DNA of 64,000 nt from Dehalococcoidia bacterium. GTDB lineage: Bacteria > Chloroflexota > Dehalococcoidia > Dehalococcoidales > Fen-1064. Under the pieces are notes generated by a model. It was not told the origin of the DNA. It did no database searches and saw only the letters and a program-made list of their open reading frames with translations. Shown in pieces: positions 62,491 through 64,000 of this stretch (within the stretch, counting starts at the first letter, position 1; every line of letters begins with the position of its first letter). Position numbers and translations under genes: made by a program. The DNA lies in NCBI GenBank assembly GCA_011171075.1, contig DUFD01000025.1:30281-94280 (forward strand), in the 5' to 3' direction.

Positions 62491-62534
62491 AATATAATTA
62501 AGTAGCAGAATAGATAATCAGGGAGGTAATGAAG

Positions 62535-63758
62535 ATGGCAGGAAGTATTAAGGATAGGGTGGCTGTGGCTGGTATGGGGTGCTCCAGGTTCGGGGAACGC
62601 TGGGATGCCAGTGTCGATGACCTGATTGTGGAGGCTGCCTATGAGGCTTTCGAGGATGCCGGCGTGGGACCAGAGGATATCCAGGCTGCCTGGGTAGGTA
62701 CCGCAACGGGTGGTACTGGTATGACAATATCCGAACCTCTACGGCTCCAGTACATCCCTATTACCAGGGTCGAAAATGCCTGTGCCACCGCTTCGGACGC
62801 ATTCCGCAATGCCTGCTATGCTGTCGCGGCCGGTATCTATGACATCGTGCTGGCTATTGGTTGCGACAAATACAAGGACAGTGGTCTCAGCGGCCTGACC
62901 GACGGCTCGATACCTGGTCCCGGTCATGGTCTGATGGCGGCTGCAGCTGGTCCGCCACCGGCGTCGTTCGCCATGCTGGCCACCACTTATTTTGACCACT
63001 ATGGCCTCAGCTATGAGGAAGGAAAGCATATGATAGGCCGGGTCTCATGGAAGAGTCATGAGAACGGTCGGCGACACAAGAAGGCGCACTTCCAGAGGGA
63101 AGTCACCATGGACGCAATCCTCAATGCGCCGATTGTTTCTTGGCCCTTGGGACTGTACGATTGCTGTGGCGTCAGCGATGGTGCGGCGGCAGCAATAATC
63201 ACGACACCGGAGATAGCCAAGAACATGCGCAAAGGCAAAGAGCCCCCCATGTTCGTCAAGGCTCTGCAGATTGCCATGGCACCTAATGATGGTAACTTTA
63301 ACACCAAGTTCGACTACATGCATGTTGAAGCTACCGTGAGGGCGGGCGATGCAGCCTACAAGGAAGCCGGCATAACCAATCCGCGCGAGCAGATAAGCAT
63401 GGCCGAGGTTCATGACTGTTTCTCAATCACCGAGGCAGTCACCATGGAAGACCTCAGGTTCAGCGAGCGGGGAAAGGTCCAGAAGGACATTGAGGACGGC
63501 TTCTTTGACCTGGACGGCGGACTGCCGGTGCAGCCGGATGGAGGCCTGAAGTGTTTCGGTCATCCGATTGGTGCTAGCGGAATACGGATGCTTTATGAGA
63601 TGTATAACCAGCTTCAGGGCAGGGCTGACCGGATGTTGAATCCAGGTCTGCCTTCCCGGCAGATAAAAGACCCCAAGCTGGGACTTACCCATAACCTCGG
63701 TGGTGGTCCGGCTGGTTGTGCCATTTTCGTGGGTATCGTTGGTCTTGAAGGGGTATAG
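62535..63758 (+). CDS. SCP-x/archaeal-type thiolase (acetyl-CoA C-acyltransferase family)
   Basis: Active-site region VENACATASDAF and C-terminal GHPIGASGIRM. The start is at the second ATG (62535), 8 nt after GGAGG. Confidence 0.8.
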   Translation: MAGSIKDRVAVAGMGCSRFGERWDASVDDLIVEAAYEAFEDAGVGPEDIQAAWVGTATGGTGMTISEPLRLQYIPITRVENACATASDAFRNACYAVAAGIYDIVLAIGCDKYKDSGLSGLTDGSIPGPGHGLMAAAAGPPPASFAMLATTYFDHYGLSYEEGKHMIGRVSWKSHENGRRHKKAHFQREVTMDAILNAPIVSWPLGLYDCCGVSDGAAAAIITTPEIAKNMRKGKEPPMFVKALQIAMAPNDGNFNTKFDYMHVEATVRAGDAAYKEAGITNPREQISMAEVHDCFSITEAVTMEDLRFSERGKVQKDIEDGFFDLDGGLPVQPDGGLKCFGHPIGASGIRMLYEMYNQLQGRADRMLNPGLPSRQIKDPKLGLTHNLGGGPAGCAIFVGIVGLEGV

Positions 63759-63789
63759 TAAGCTGCCCCTCATGTTGTTTTGCTAATGC

Positions 63790-63827
63790 GAGGGTTGGTG
63801 GTAGGCTCAGGCTGAGCACCAGCCCTC
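63790..63827 (+). terminator. Stem-loop downstream of the thiolase gene (possible terminator, no U-tract)
   Basis: GAGGGTTGGTG pairs with CACCAGCCCTC (11 bp including one G-U), and an inner GCTCA/TGAGC helix is present. No T-run follows. Confidence 0.3.
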
Positions 63828-64000
63828 ACCGGGCATAACTGAATAATTTAACAAATAATGTCCTGAGACAGCGGGTGCCGGTTACGGCTTAATGTTTGCC
63901 TGCCGAGGAAACAGAGCGAGGTAGTAGCTAACCTGAAGGGTGGCGACTGCTTTAGCGTGTAAGATGATAAGTCCTCGTGCAGCAAGCATGAGGACTTAAT

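Noticed and set aside
63969-63997. 12-bp hairpin (AAGTCCTCGTGC / GCATGAGGACTT, loop AGCAA) at the very end of the window.
   Set aside because: The structure is real, but its context is cut off by the window edge. The downstream tail and neighbouring gene are not visible, so no function is assigned.
1-64000. Search for CRISPR arrays, transposases/integrases, IS inverted repeats, prophage or toxin-antitoxin/defence genes.
   Set aside because: No regularly spaced direct repeats were found. No ORF has a recombinase, transposase, nuclease-helicase or other defence-like signature. The tRNA cluster is followed by tuf rather than an integrase.

Overview
This window is bacterial chromosomal DNA with no rRNA genes, CRISPR array, transposase or integrase. 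It is possibly Chloroflexota/Dehalococcoidia-like, but that is a low-confidence guess from gene content and cannot be confirmed without a search. It divides into six blocks.

- **Block 1 (1-37234):** a very large surface-glycan biosynthesis island. It has 4 GT4 and 1 GT2 glycosyltransferases, a Wzx flippase and a 717-aa polytopic membrane protein. It also carries a CDP-hexose branch (rfbF/rfbG, an RmlC-like cupin, a DegT aminotransferase), a WbpO/WbpP-like UDP-HexNAcA pair and an AsnB-type amidotransferase. A non-canonical ulosonic-acid module follows: SIS isomerase, short NeuB-like synthase, radical SAM, NeuA-like cytidylyltransferase, class-III aminotransferase and VOC. An ACP-FkbH-VOC-GNAT acyl-decoration cassette is present. 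There are eight SAM methyltransferases, four with N-terminal Cys4 zinc ribbons and one fused to a kinase domain (WbdD-like).
- **Block 2 (37266-43822):** a Fur-family regulator, an FmdE-domain protein and a Nik/Dpp-type ABC importer operon. TTGCA(A/T) repeats form a candidate operator.
- **Block 3 (44035-49778):** two TreT-like glycosyltransferases plus a fused OtsA-OtsB. They are separated by very AT-rich, ORF-free spacers.
- **Block 4 (49836-56658):** a corrinoid-dependent methyl-transfer operon. It encodes a pterin-binding MeTr, two tandem URO-D-family methyltransferase paralogs, a RACo-type activase, a MetH-activation-like protein and a corrinoid protein.
- **Block 5 (56923-60974):** four tRNAs interleaved with near-consensus promoters, then tuf-rpmG-secE-nusG-rplK-rplA.
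- **Block 6 (61063-63758):** an HMG-CoA-synthase-like/DUF35 fusion that appears to lack the catalytic Cys, paired with an SCP-x-type thiolase.

All functional calls rest on motif recognition by eye and remembered family signatures. No database search was run.
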